Assembly: GCA_964016885.1 (NCBI GenBank)
Contig: OZ024743.1
Span: 234,856,001 to 234,920,000 of the forward strand
DNA: 64,000 nucleotides
Reading direction: 5' to 3'
Origin: Eledone cirrhosa
Taxonomy: Eukaryota
This document shows, piece by piece, positions 13,301-27,900 of this stretch; positions within the stretch are counted from its first letter, which is position 1; the number at the start of each line of letters is the position of its first letter. The notes below the pieces were generated by a model. That model worked only from the letters and a program-made list of their open reading frames with translations. It was not told the DNA's origin and did no database searches. Position numbers and translations under genes: made by a program.

Positions 13301-16300
13301 TGTATGTAGCAGCAGTAGTCGCATCTGTGTGGCTCTTTAATATTTATAGTGTCAGCAACAGGCCAGGGCTGGATTATTTTCTGGCTCCAAAGAAGAAAGC
13401 TTTGGTTTTTGTTGTGTATTTATCAATCTGTCTCTCTTTTAACCTCAGCAAGGAGTACTTACCGAAATACTAATTTCTATTTAATTGTTTATCTCTCTAT
13501 ATATTTAGTTATCTATTTGTTTATCCATTCATCCATCCACTGCCAGCCTACCAGTATTATTTTCAGATTCCTAATCAATATCCTCTCTTTTATTTCAGGA
13601 AGCCAAAGAACGTAAACGCAAAGAAAGAATGGGTTGGGATCAAGATTATTTGGTAAATTATTTGATATGATTCTTTATTTTGATTTTGATGTTTCTGCCT
13701 GACTTTCTCTAAAATAATCTACTTATAGATGACTATTCAAATATGTAAACTGCTTTTGATACCTGGATAGAACTATTTCACTTCACTTCTATCATTTAAT
13801 GTTCTTAAGAAAGACATGAATATCACAATCTTCATTTGACCTTAAAGCCCCAAAACCATGAGGACTTTCAATGTTTCACTGAGAAGGGACTGTCCTGTGT
13901 TTTGTCTGTTTTTCCATTGTCTTTACTCACCTTTTTTTTTATTCATTTTGTATGATCTTAGTCATGCAGGATACTTTTTCAAATTGATATATATTTAAAC
14001 TTTACATCGCCTGCATTCTCTGTTTTCTTTCCTTTTCTCACTTACTCTCTTTTGTGTTGTGTTTGTCCATATACGACTTATGTCTCTTTCACCTTCTCTT
14101 TCTTACTTCGCCTTCTAGCCATACTTTCTCTTCTAGGCTAATATGTTGACTTTGTTCCTTTCTCTTGTTCCTAGTTGTAGCACATTGGTTTGTAGCAAAT
14201 TTTATTTTATTTGTAAATAATCGAAAGACCAATTGTCCTGTTTTGTGTCCATTTGTTACTGTCCCATGTGCACTAGAGTTAGGATTATCAACCTCAAAGC
14301 ACTGAAACCACAAGGACTTCCAACAGTTGACTGATGAAAGGGACTGCCCTGTGTTTCATTCATTTTTCTGTTGTTTTATGTATATATATATATATATATA
14401 TATATCATCATCATCATCATCATCATTTTACGTCCGCTTTTCCCTGCTTGCAAGGGTGGGACGGGTCTTATTCAGCACAGCATCTCTCCACTCGTCACGG
14501 TCCCTCGTCATCTCCACCGTGAACTTCAATGATCTGAGGTCTGTTCTCACCACCTCCGCCCATGTTTTTCGTGGTCTACCTCTACCACGTCTTCCTTCAA
14601 TTGGCATTTCCTGGCACTTCTTCACCCATCGGTCATCCTCCATGCGCATCACATGTCCATACCACCTCAGTCTCCTCTCCCGTACACTACATTCTATCCC
14701 TCTCAGACACAGTTTCTCTCTCAACACATTTATGCTGGGTCGTTCACGCACATTTACACTGCACATCCAACGGAGCATGCTTGCCTCATTTCTCTCCAGC
14801 CGTCGCATATCCTCTGCGGTTGCTGCCCATGTCTCACTACCATGCAGCATCGCGCTCCTCACACAGGCATCATACAACCGGCCTTTCGTACGCAGGGAGA
14901 AACCCTTCTTCGTCAACAGAGGAAGCAGCTCCCTAAACTTCTTCCAACCCGTCCTTATTCTAGATACTATGGCCTCGGAACACCCTCCTCCCATGCTAAT
15001 ATACATATCTATATATTTATGTCCCACCCTTGCAAGCAGGGAAAAGCAGATGTAAAATGATGATGATGATGATGATTATATGCATATATATATATATATA
15101 TATCTTTTATGTAGATGTGTGTATATATATATATGTCATCATTTCAAGGGCATCCAGCTGTAGAAATCAAGCCAGAATCAGTTCCCGTCCCACCCTTGCA
15201 AGCAGGGAAAAGCGGACGTAAAATGATGATGATGATATATATAGTGTGTGTGTGTACATATTTTAGCTATATCCTTTCTCTGTGTCTAATAATGAAGTCT
15301 ACTCTCACACAGGGGTACACCAATGCAGACAACCCTTTTGGTGATGAACGTCTTTTAGACACTTTTGTATGGCAGAGGAAAATGGAAAAAGAAGGCAAAA
15401 AAGGTGTTGCTGTGGAGAAATTACAGAAGATGCAAAAGGAGAAAATGGCTGAGAACAGAGTGAGTTATATTGGCACATATGATTTTGTGATTGTTGTTGT
15501 TGTTTAGTAGCCTTGTTCAGCTAGACTTGAATATATTAGTGGCTCATCAAGGACTTGAGATAAATCCAGAGGTCTGGCACCCCAGATTTAATATACTTCA
15601 GTCTGATTTGAGACTAAACTCTACACTGTGTCATGCAGTTACATGACATTAAAGCTGGATGTTGTTATTTTGCTCCACATTAACTCTTTATAAGCAGTTC
15701 TATGATTAGGGATTCTTCAACCATGACTATCCTATCTTTCAGGTGTCTGTCTAGGACTACATTATCTAAAATATATTTTCTTAAAACAGTAGGGTATAAT
15801 TTGAGGAAGATTGGGTTGCTATTACTAGCAAATCAAGCAACTCCACCGAGACTCTCTCATTATCTTGCTCTGGTTGGTTGTGTCATATGGCAGTTAGGAT
15901 ATGGTTATCACTTTTTTTATTCCCACATTATCAAAGACTTTGGTGATAGCTGCAACTAAGCACAAAACATTTTTTTTCACAAGACATCCAAGATTGGCAA
16001 AATTGATATGGGTAATGTTTCTCTTGATCAGTTGCATTTCGACAGTTTTCACAACAATAAAGCACACAGTCCACACTGCAAGGTGGTCGTTTTGGTGTCA
16101 CAATAAAAAGTACTCAGTCCACATTGTAAAGTGATTGTTTTGGTGCCACATTAAAAAGCACCCAGTCCACACTGTATCATGAATGTTTTGGTGCCACAAT
16201 AAAAAGTACCCAGTCCATGCTATAAATGTGGTTGGCGTTAGGAAAAACATCCAGTCGTAAAAACCAAGCCAGAAACAGTTCTGTATGAGCAAAACATGGT

Positions 16301-18927
16301 CATCTGACCTGTATGAGCAAAACATGGTCATCTGACCTGACTTGACTCCCAAAGGGACAACTCATCTAACTCATGCTAGAATGGAAAATTGGACGTTAAA
16401 TGGTGATGATGGTAAGAGCTATTTTGTATATAGTGTTTATGGCAAAGAGCAGTAAATATCCCAGTTAGGGTTGGCATAATCTGTGGTAAGTGTCACTTAC
16501 CAACAAGTGGAAGTTCACTAAATGTCTGCCTTAAGACTTCAGTATTAATTCTAGTGCTTCATGTTACACAAAGGAGTTTAGGTCCAAACATAGGAACCTG
16601 TATATGTACTCTGGTAGTTTGTATCTCACAATGATGCTGTGTACCTTGTAAAGTTTTGCATGAAATTTTCTACTGATTTTCTTGTGTTACAGCGGGAACT
16701 AGAGAAGGTAAAGAAACGACGTCTTGAACGAGAAAAGGAACAAGAAGAGAGAGAGAGGGAAAGGGTATGTATATATTATTTGTTTTTATATGATAGATCC
16801 TATCCTTACCAGAAGACGAGACAGAGTGACGGTTGTAAACACAGTCCCTCTCTGGTGAAGAATGCATCTCCCAGCATAACCTAGTAGTTAGGGCTAAAAG
16901 AACTCGGTGACAGAGGACAACCTGGAGGAGAAGAATATGGAAATTAAAGGACTCATCAGCCAGTAACATATTTAGAGGTATGCTGCTTGATGCTTTGGAC
17001 AGCAAGGGAGAGCAAATAAAGACATACGATATAGAGGAGCAGTAGGAGTCCCTGAAAGATAACCAACTGAAGGCGTCAAATGAAACTCGTGGTTGTAGCA
17101 GGTCTCTAGGGAGAAGGAGAGTGACTTGGTGGTGGAATAGTAGAGTAGATGAGACAGGCTTGTAAAGAATGGCAGAATAGGGGAAGTAGAGAACTCTACA
17201 AGAATGCTAGGAGAGAAGCTAGATGACAAGTATACTTTGCAAGAAAGGAGCAGAAAAAATAAAATTTAGCATGTTTTGCAGCGTGAGACGTTCAGGATTG
17301 CAAGGCAGTGTGTCAGGGAAAATTGTGATGCCGTTGGGGAGAATTGTCCGAGATGATTATGGCTTACTTGCCCTCACATTCTGAAAAGAAAGTAGCATGG
17401 AAGCATCACTATAAAAAATTACTGAATAAGGAGAATGCATGGGAAGAAATTTTCCCCAAGTTGACCCAACAGGGGGACTGGCTGTACAAGTCAGCAGCAG
17501 TAAGTAAGGCAATCAAGGATATGAAGACAGCCAGGGCAACTAGACTTTTGGAGATAGATGCTGAGGTGCTGAAAGCATCAGGAATGGTGGGCCACACCAT
17601 AGTCTCTATCACCAACCACTTTGCAGCATATACTGACTACGTTTATCGTGTAGATTACTATGGAGGTTGTCATGTCCTTGACACAATTGAAGGGTCTTCT
17701 CTGTCCAGCATTCTGAATTGAAATCCTACTAGTGTTGACTTTGTTTTCATTCTTTAAGTAGTTGATATAAGTATCAGTCATATACTGGTGTTAGTTTAAG
17801 CAACTGTTCCTCAGTATGTGTCAATGTATCTATCTATGTTTGTGTGTATGTGTCAATGTATCTATCTATGTTTGTGTGTGTGTCTATGTGTGTATCTATG
17901 TTTGTGTGTGTATTTGTTTAACGTGTGATGTTTATTTATTAGAGATAGTGGAGAGTGACATAAAGATAGATGCAGTGTTTAAAATAGTATTTAAAAGAAT
18001 TTTATAGTTTTAAAATGCATTTTTAATATTTAATTTTTCTAATAAATTATTTTATGTGGTTTTCATGAAAGGAACGTCTTCAACGGGAGAAAGAAGCTGA
18101 ATATTTTCGTGAGTGGGAGAAACAGGAAGACAGTGTAAGTAATTTATTTTGCTTTCATGGGTTGGACGGGATGTTTAGAAACAATGTTTTACAGCTGGAT
18201 GCCCTTCCTGATGCCAACATTTTTAGTGCCTCTTACAACACTGCTCAAAGTGTGGGTCTCACCATATGAATAAAAGGTAGAAGTCGTGCTGTTCTTTTCC
18301 CATGAAACAATGTGGTCATTTGGTTTTAGCAAATCAATATCCAGCATCAAGCTGGTAATTATAAGAAATTAGAAAAGAGGAAATATATATATACATATGG
18401 AGGCAGATGGCTGAGTGGTTAGAGCATTGGCCTTGCAATCGAAAGGTTGTGAGTTCAATTCTCAGACCAGGTGATGTGTTGTTTCCTTGAGCAAGACACT
18501 TTATTTCACATTGCTCCAGTTTACTCAGCTGTAGAAATGAGATGATAGGGACTGGGGTCCCTATCATTCCACTGCAAAGTGGTCGTGGAGGTGCCACGGC
18601 AAAAAAGCACCCAGCACTCACTGTAAATGAGGTTGGTGTTAGGAAGGGCATCCAGCTGTAGAAATCAAGCCAGAATCAGTTCCCGTCCCACCCTTGCAAG
18701 CAGGGAAAAAGCGGACGTAAAATGAAATGATGATGATGATGATGATGAGTTCCAGGTTCAATTGGAGATAACCACAGTAAGCAAGGTACTCAATACATCA
18801 GAGTATATACAAACTTTAATATAGAAATGGTTTCTTCAGGACTAGAACTGTTTCATAGGGCTTTCCTGATGATTTCCTTCGAATGCAACAGTTCTAGTCC
18901 TGTAGAAGCCATTTCTATATTAAAGTT

Positions 18928-18971
<44 letters not shown>

Positions 18972-21900
18972 GCAGGCATACTGAACAGCTTTTATTTATA
19001 CACATATTATTCACTTATGAAGGTATATGTATATATATGCCCACGCTTATGAATGTATATATGCACAGACTTATGAAGGTATATATGCATACACACATAC
19101 TCTCAAATGATTACATATACACATACTATAACACAGACTATATTTATTGAACAATTGATAATATTTCACTGTTGTCAGCACATTTAGATATATTTGTATT
19201 TTTATATCTTTCAGTTTCATTTGCATCAAGCTAAAATGCGTTCAAAGATAAGAATCCAAGATGCTAGAGGTAAACCTAATATATAAATATATATTCCTAT
19301 TTAGTAGCTATTTTTTCTTGCTGGTATAGTTAGAGATGTTTTTTTTAATTTGAATATTGTTGGAGCACCATATATACTTGAATATAAACTGAGGAATGTG
19401 TGACTGAAATAGAAGGAGGTCGGTTTATATTCAGGCTCAATATTTTTATGATTTTCACCATCTTCAAATTTTATGTAAATAAGGTTTTGATTTTTGCCCA
19501 TTTCTCAAACATGAAATAGTGGAGTTGGCATATATTCGAGTATATACGGTAAGTATTTTTATAGGAGGGTGCCTTTGTCCTTATTACTAATCACTTAATC
19601 ATAAAGTAAATGTAGAGCTTGTTGTTCACCACTTTAAATTGAAGGTTTACTATACTATGCAAGAGAATAGTTATTTTTATAAGATAGTCAAGAGTAGTGC
19701 ACATGACCTTATAAGGTCCATCCAGGTCTGCTTTGGTCTACCTCTGCTGCGGTTTCCTACCACTGGGATTTCCTGGAACTTCATTACAATTTACAAATAT
19801 GTCATGATAAAACTAATATCCAACATAATTTTTAAAGATATCAGTCATTTTTTTCTCTTGCTTTGCTTCATACTGCTGAAACCTTTTAACAAAACTGACA
19901 TCCTAACTTAGTGTTTAAAGTTACAATTAATATTTCTTTTTTTACTCCACATCATACAGCAAAACCTATTGACCTACTGGCAAAGTACATCAGTGCAGAA
20001 GATGATGATCTTGCTATTGAGATGCATGAACCTTATACATATCTCTATGTAAGTACAACACATTTTCTAAACCTTATATAACCTAAGTTATCAACTAAGA
20101 AAAAATTATTGGCAAGTCATAACTGAAAAGGTTTCATTAGCCACTAGATATAATTGCTATGTCTAAAGTCTGTTTTGAGCCTGGAGGCTCATCAGGCTGG
20201 TGCTTAGAAAGTATAGTGAGAAAAAACAAAATAAGTTTTATGCGTGTGTGTACATATATATATATATATATATCATCATCATCATTTCATCATCATTTCA
20301 TTTTACGTCCGCTTTTTCCCTGCTTGCAAGGGTGGGACGGGAACTGATTCTGGCTTGATTTCTACAGGTGGATGCCCTTCCTAACACCAACCTCATTTAC
20401 AGTGAGTGCTGGGTGCTTTTTTGCCGTGGCACCTACACGTCCACTTTACAGTGGAATGATAGGGACCCCAGTCCCTATCATCTCATTTCTACAGCTGAGT
20501 ATATATATAGAGAGAGAGGTGTATATGAAAACATATAAATGTATATATGTTCACATACAATAAATATATGTAGCCTTGCTGCCGAAGAAAAAGATATTTT
20601 TCTCATAACGTAATGAAAATGAGAAAAATTATATTTGTCTCTTTTTTCCTTGGTGAATATATCACCAAGTTGCCAGTATATTCTGAGAATGTCAGGCAGT
20701 GTTGTTTCAAGATTTGTTAATCTTTCATCAGCAGTGACTAAGAACGTACTGGTATGAAATAGTCTATATAGAATTTTGCATGATGATCACTTACAAAATT
20801 CTATATAGACAATAGTCTATTCCATGCCAGTATGTTCTGAGTGAGTGTCTCTAATGAAAGATTAACAAATTATGAAACAGTTGTCTGACATGCTGAGAAC
20901 ATACTGGCAACTTGCAAAAGTGAACTTCTAAACCAAACAGCCATGTTTGCACCCATAATGGATGACTATAGCAAACCTGTTTAAAATTGTTCTATTTCAG
21001 GGCCTTACAATACCAGATCTGGAAGATTTGCTTGAAGATATTAAAGTATATTTACAACTGGAACAAGGAAAAAATGCTGATTATTGGCGGGACATTATCA
21101 CAGTTACTGAGGATGAGGTTAACAAACTGAAAAAATTAGATCCACTGAGTCGAGGTAAGACTTTCACATTTTCACTGGCCTAATCTGTCTCTTATGACAT
21201 TGTAGGTGTTGTTAACAATATCATCAATCATCGTTTAACATCCATCTTCTCTGCTGGCAAGCATTAGCTGGTTTTTCACAGACCGAGTCAGTACTCAAAT
21301 GAAGCTACTGACCTCTTAGGCAGGTGTATGTGTGTGTCTGTGGGGAGTTCTGCCTTGCTTATATATGTTCCCATGCTCTACCAAGTGCATTTCTTATTGT
21401 GTCACCACCATTAGGTGGTTGTGTCTTTAACACAACTGAAGAGTCCTCTTGACCCCCGCTTTTTGGAGATGAGGCAGGGTGTTTTAGAGCTGAATGCCTT
21501 TATTACCAACCACTTCACAGAGTGTACTGGATATGTTTGTCATGTAGATAAAAAAAAAAAACACTAGGGAGGTTGGTTTGTCTTTGACACAACTGAAGAA
21601 TCCTTCTGACACTTTGTTAGGCAAACTTTCTATGCTGGGATGTCTTTCCTATCATTAACCACCTTACAGAGTGTTCTGAGTGAATTTATCATGAAGATCA
21701 CCGCTGTCATAACTTCATCAAATTGAAAGTTTTTCTAGATTTATTGGTATCATTTTTATATCCAAACACTACCATATCTAGCAACAAGTGATAACATTTA
21801 GATGAGCCATACCTCAGAAGATAATTACATCAACATAATCTAACATCATTAGTATTATGATAAACATAATGACAGCAGCCCATCTGAGTGAGGTGGGGTG

Positions 21901-24900
21901 GCTGTTGCAGTAGGTATCACTGGCCATTGTCCGTGGAAAGGCCTTTGCCATTTTGTCTGCGAGGTGCAGCCAAAACACCACTCTGACTTAGGTGTAGAGT
22001 CTGTCACCCTCTCCTCTTCCTCATTTCTTTTGTTACTTAATAATCTTTGCTCTTCCTTCTTTTTCTATATGTTTGACTAAATATTAAATTCTTTATTATT
22101 TTATGTAATTTTATCCTATTTGAGGATTTGAAGTCTACAAAAACCAGGTATTCTGTCACTCCCCTTCTGACTAATTAATAAAATAAAAAAGCAAAACCTT
22201 ATTAATCATCATCATTATTACTGTTTAACATCCATTTTCCCCTGCTAGCATGGGTTAGATGATTTGTCCCAGTGTGATACAAGCCAGATCAAATTACCAT
22301 GTCTTGTTCATACAGAACTGATTTTGGCTTGGTGTCTGTGGCTGGATGCCCTTCCTAATGCCAACCACATTTACGATGTGAACTGGATGCTTTTTATCGT
22401 TGTAGCAAAACGACCACTTTACAATGTGGACTCGGACTTTTTGTCATGGCACCTGTCTTTAGAAATAGAGAAGTAACTCTGCTGGTTTTATGGCTAGATA
22501 CATTGGAGTAAAGATAGCCAATACATTAGTCCCCAGCTCACATCCACTCACTGCCATCATTACACTTCATAACCAACAGTAGTTTGGACTACCATCTCAC
22601 TATTACCACCACAACTGCTTGATCATCATCACTATTATATTACCACTATGTTACCATTACCACCAGCACTGTCTATTCTTATTACTTTACTACCACCACC
22701 ACTATCTTTTCCTACTATATTACCACCACCACCACCTTTTCCTACTACATTAACACCACCACCACCACCAAATTGATACTACATCATCACTATCACAGCT
22801 ACATTATAACTATACCTCAGGGCGGTGGATTGGCAGTATCGGTAGAGGGTCGGAAGCCATGCTTTCCAGCATAGTTACATCCCTTTATGATCTGAGTTCA
22901 AATCCCGCCGAGGTTAACTTTGCGTTTCATCCTTACGGGGTCGATAAAATAAAGTACCAGTAATGCACTGGGATAATTGCTGGCCTTGTGCCTAAAGTAG
23001 AAACAATTATAACTATACCTCTACCATCTCCTCTGTTACCTTATTGTAACAATATTACCACCATCACATTTCCAATATATCTCCTAAATACATATAAAGA
23101 CACCCTTCAGTCACCATGACCATGGGATTTGCACCTAGAAAGTTCCCCTCCAAGGCACAAGTCTGGGCAAGTTTGTTTGTGGAAGACCAGCAGTCGCTCA
23201 TGCATACCACTCTCCCCTCTCCATGCCACTGATGTTGTCCAAAGGAAAGGCAAAGGCCGATACATATAGGTTATAGCATTGTGTATTACTTAGTTAGACT
23301 ATCTCTCTCTCTGTTTATAGATTATGCTGGTGACCGAAGAGAAGGTATTAACCATTCAGTCAGCAGTGAAGTGTCTACTATATTTAAAGGGAAAACTACA
23401 AACCAGTTGTTACTTCTTCAGGAACAGATGAAGAAGAAGCTGCAAGGAGGGGAGGGTATTGATATTGGTAAGTTTGACTCTGTTTTGTTGTTATTACTAT
23501 TGTCTGTTAGCTATCCTGTTACTATCATTACAGGAGCTATCACTGTCTAGTTGATAACATTGACTATGTCTGTCCAGTCTCTGTTCAGTTGATAACATAT
23601 ATAGGATATCACTGTCCAGTTGATAACATATATAGTCAGTCTCTGTTCAGTTGATAACATATATTGACTATTTCTGTCTAGTCACTGTCCAGTTTATAAC
23701 ATATAAACTGTCACTGTCCAGTTGATAATATATATAGCCTGTCTCTGTCCAGTTGATAACATATATAGGATGTCTCTATCCAGTTTATAGCATGTACAAT
23801 ATAGGCTGTCTCTGTCCAATTGCTATCATTATTGCTATTATGTTTGTCTTGTTGCTATCATTACTTCACATATTTCTCTCATTTTGCTACTAAGACAACT
23901 TCATTACATTTTCTCCACAGTCTCTCTGTTGGTTTATTGTTGGCCTTTTTAGACAATACTTTATATTTTGTTTGCCCCCTGATAACTTTATCCCTTCTTC
24001 ACACCAGACTCAGAAGTTTTGTAAAAGGTCATGGATGCAGCCCTTTCTCATTTGACTAAGCCATAATAAAGAAAAAAACGAATAGGGAGATTACCCCCCC
24101 CCCCTTACCCCCCCCCCCAAAAAAAAAACTGTTGCTGAGACACATACAGGTTGGTGTTCAACAGAGTAAGGGGTGTTTGATGAGGCTGTGATTGTGGAGG
24201 CAGTAGGTGGGTTGTCATCATGTGAAACAATAGTTTAAATGTGAGATCTAAACAACGTTTTTATCTTTAGCTTTTAGCTGTCTGAATCCATTTGTGTAAG
24301 GTTGAGCTGTTGAAAATACGTTGTTTCGGCAAATTTAATCATTACATACAAGATCTTTATTTGTATTAAATTCTATTTTGTTCTGTTACAGGTTATTGGG
24401 AGTCATTGATGTCACAGCTGAATGCACACATAGCAAGGACACGGCTCAGAGAAAGACATCAAGATGTCCTCCGCCAGAAATTATTCAAACTCAAACAAGA
24501 GGTAAGTTTAGTTTACATTCTTATCATCATCATTATTGTCACCATCCTCATACCATTCATGTATCCACCAACTGGCAAATTAAGTCTATATTCTCATCAT
24601 CATCATTGTACCATCCATGTATCTAGCAAGAGGTAAATTAAGTCATCCACAATATATTAGCTACTAGATATCAGCCACCATATACCACCCACCATGTATT
24701 AGCCACTAGATATCAGCCATCATATACCACCCACTAGATATTAGCCACCATATACCACCCACCATATATATACCACCATCCATGTATTAGCCATTAGATA
24801 TCAGCCACCATATATTAGCCACTAGATATCAACCACCATATATTAGCTACTAGATATCAGCCACCATATACCACACACCATGTATTAGCTAATAGATATC

Positions 24901-27900
24901 AGCCACCATATACCACCCACCATGTATTAGCTACTAGATATCAGCCACCATATACCACCCACTATATATCAGCCACCATATACCACCCACCATGTATTAG
25001 CCACTAGATATCAGCCGCCATATACCACCCACTAGATATCAGCCACCATATACCACCCACCATGTATTAGCCACTAGATATCAGCCACCATATACCACCC
25101 ACCATATATTAGCCACTAGATATCAGCCACCATATACCACCCACCATATATTAGCTACTAGATATCAGCCACCATATATTAGCTACGAGATATCAGCCAC
25201 CATATACCACCCACCATGTATTAGCCACTAGATATCAGCCACCATATACCACCCACCATGTATTAGCCACTAGATATCAGCCACCATATACCACCCACCA
25301 TGTATTAGCTACTAGATATCAGCAACCATATACCACCCACCATGTATTAACCACTAGATATCAGCCACCATATACCACCAACCATGTATTAACCAATATC
25401 TTTCCAAAGTCAATAAAATAAGTACAAGTCAGGTACTGGTGCTCACATAATCAATGACCCCCCCCCCCCCCCCACACACACACACACACACACTCAAGAT
25501 TTGTGTTACAGCTATTTTACCAATTGTTTAATCCAAAAGCATGTGATAAACCATTCTGTTCTGACTTACTGAAATAATTTTCTCTATTTAAAACATGCTT
25601 TTATATTCATTACTCATGAATAAATAATTGTATTGAAATTTTGTGAAGGCACGTGGCTTAGTGGTTAGAAAATGGATTCATAATTGTGAGGTTGTGAGTT
25701 TGATTCCTGGACCAGACAATGTGTTTTATACTTGAGCAAGACACTTTATTTTCATGTTGCTCCTTCTGCCAGGAGTTGTGACTTGTAGATAGTATCAGCA
25801 ATGGAAAGACCAATGGAAACATTATTTCCTTTTGTCCGATTTGATGAGCTCCACCCAACTCAGTAAGCAAATGAGGTCTGGGATCTTGTTGCTCGATCCT
25901 TAGATTGAAATCTTTCATCATACTACTACAATCAGATCTCTGACCTTCTAGCATACTGTTCCATAGCTGTTTTTGTATCAAAGATACTTATCTTCTGGAA
26001 TACTCTCAATGTATCTGTTTAAATTCCCTTAATAGACAGTTCATGACATTTTATTTATGTCAACAAGATAAGATGGTTTGTGTTTTATCTTAACTCTTTT
26101 GAGACCGTATATATAATGAAATATACAATGAAACATACTCTTTCAATTAATTAATGCAGAACTTTGAAGGATTTACTCAAATGATTAATTATTTTGTTCC
26201 TAATATAATAACTTTAAATTATGTTTTTTGTATAATATCATGTTGGAAGATATAAATATATATAGGAATCATTTAAATGGGAGGTTTTCTTCCATAGAAC
26301 CAGCGCCAGTTTTAGCCAGATTGGTATCAAAAGGATTAATTGTGTATTTTATTACAGCAAGGAATTGAGTCTGCTCCATTGTTTCCTATCATGGGAGAAA
26401 ATGAGAGTTCACAGAGAGTTCCTGCAAATCCTTCTGTATCACTACCAAGTTCAAGTTCAGCTGATGGTGAAGGTGAATGTATATTGACACAGAATAAAGT
26501 AGACACCAATATAGCAGCACCAGCAAGCACTTCTGAAGGAGAAGAGCAAATGCAAGATGAGGCCAGGTAAGTCAAGTGTTTTCATAAATCTCTAAATACT
26601 TCTTTATAACTATGAAGTTTATTATGCAGTTAATTCTGGATATGTTATTATGTGGTTTGTCATGTTGTGTTCTTTGTAACTCAGTTTATACTGAATACAT
26701 TATGTGGATTGTCATACTGTATTTTTGTAACATGATTGTAACTTTGGTCATACTTAATATTTGGGACATAATAATACTAGATATGGTGTTTGGGTTTATC
26801 TCATGAATTACACTTTGTGTAATCTTCTCATCCCCCAAAACTAAAATCATTTATTCTGATATAGTACTGTATATACTTGAATATAAGCTGACCTCACTAT
26901 TTTATGTTTGAGAAATGGGCAAAAATCCAAATCTTGTTTACATAGAATTTGAAATTGGTGAAAATCAAAATATTGATCCCGAATATAAGCCGACCCCCAT
27001 CCTTCTACCATTGATTCTTTGGTCACATATTGCTTGGTTTATATTCGAGTATATATGGTAATTATTATAAGGACATGTATTTCAGTATAGTTTTAATATC
27101 TGTTAATGAGTAGAAATTAATTAATTAATTTAATTAATATATTTCTTTAGTTCTGAACCTGTTTTTACTGAGCAAGACTTAGTCAATCAGTGCAAAGATG
27201 ACTATGAAAATGGTAGCTACAGTCCAAAACTTTTACGCTTAGATGAGCTGGAATTTGATGCCATTGTCTTTGATCCTGCTGATGATTTGAAGAAGCTGGA
27301 CTTGGCTAGAGAACAGGTGCTAACCACAGGCCGAGTCAGAGTAAGTTTATACTTACATACATACATTTTATTTTTATTATACGTGACATGTCTTTTTTAA
27401 GGCTTTGTTTTATGGCTGAATGCTCTTTCTGGTGCCAACTCTTTTATTTGCCTCTTATGACACACAGATATGGTGTACCTATTCTAAACCAAATACACAT
27501 GGATGGAATTAAAGAAAGGTGAAAGAGATATATGGAGATATTGCTGAATGTGGAGAATGAATGGGATGGCAATATGGAGAACAATCTAGTTTTGGGATTG
27601 ACAGAGGAGATAGCTGAGGAAGAAGTTGAAGAAGCATTGAGAAAGTGAGATTGGAAAGGTAGCAGAGCTGACTGGAGTTTTGAAAGATATGTTAATGGCA
27701 GCAGGGAGTTGTGTGAAGAGGGTGATAGATATCTGTGAAAAAAGGCCATATTCCAGTGAACTAGAAGCTGAACTCTCATCCTTCTATACAAGGGAAAAGG
27801 CAGTGTTCTAGACTACGGTTCACATAGAGAAATTAAGTTATTGGAATATGGAATGAAATTAGTGGAAAGAGTGGGAAATATGATCTTCATCTTAAATTTT

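Noticed and set aside
14327-15060. 242-aa and other + strand ORFs
   Set aside because: They are antisense to the RTE fragment; the same peptides recur opposite every RTE copy.
22820-22910. tRNA genes suggested by A/B boxes
   Set aside because: These are SINE heads: they continue into shared SINE bodies, occur in many copies and have TSDs.
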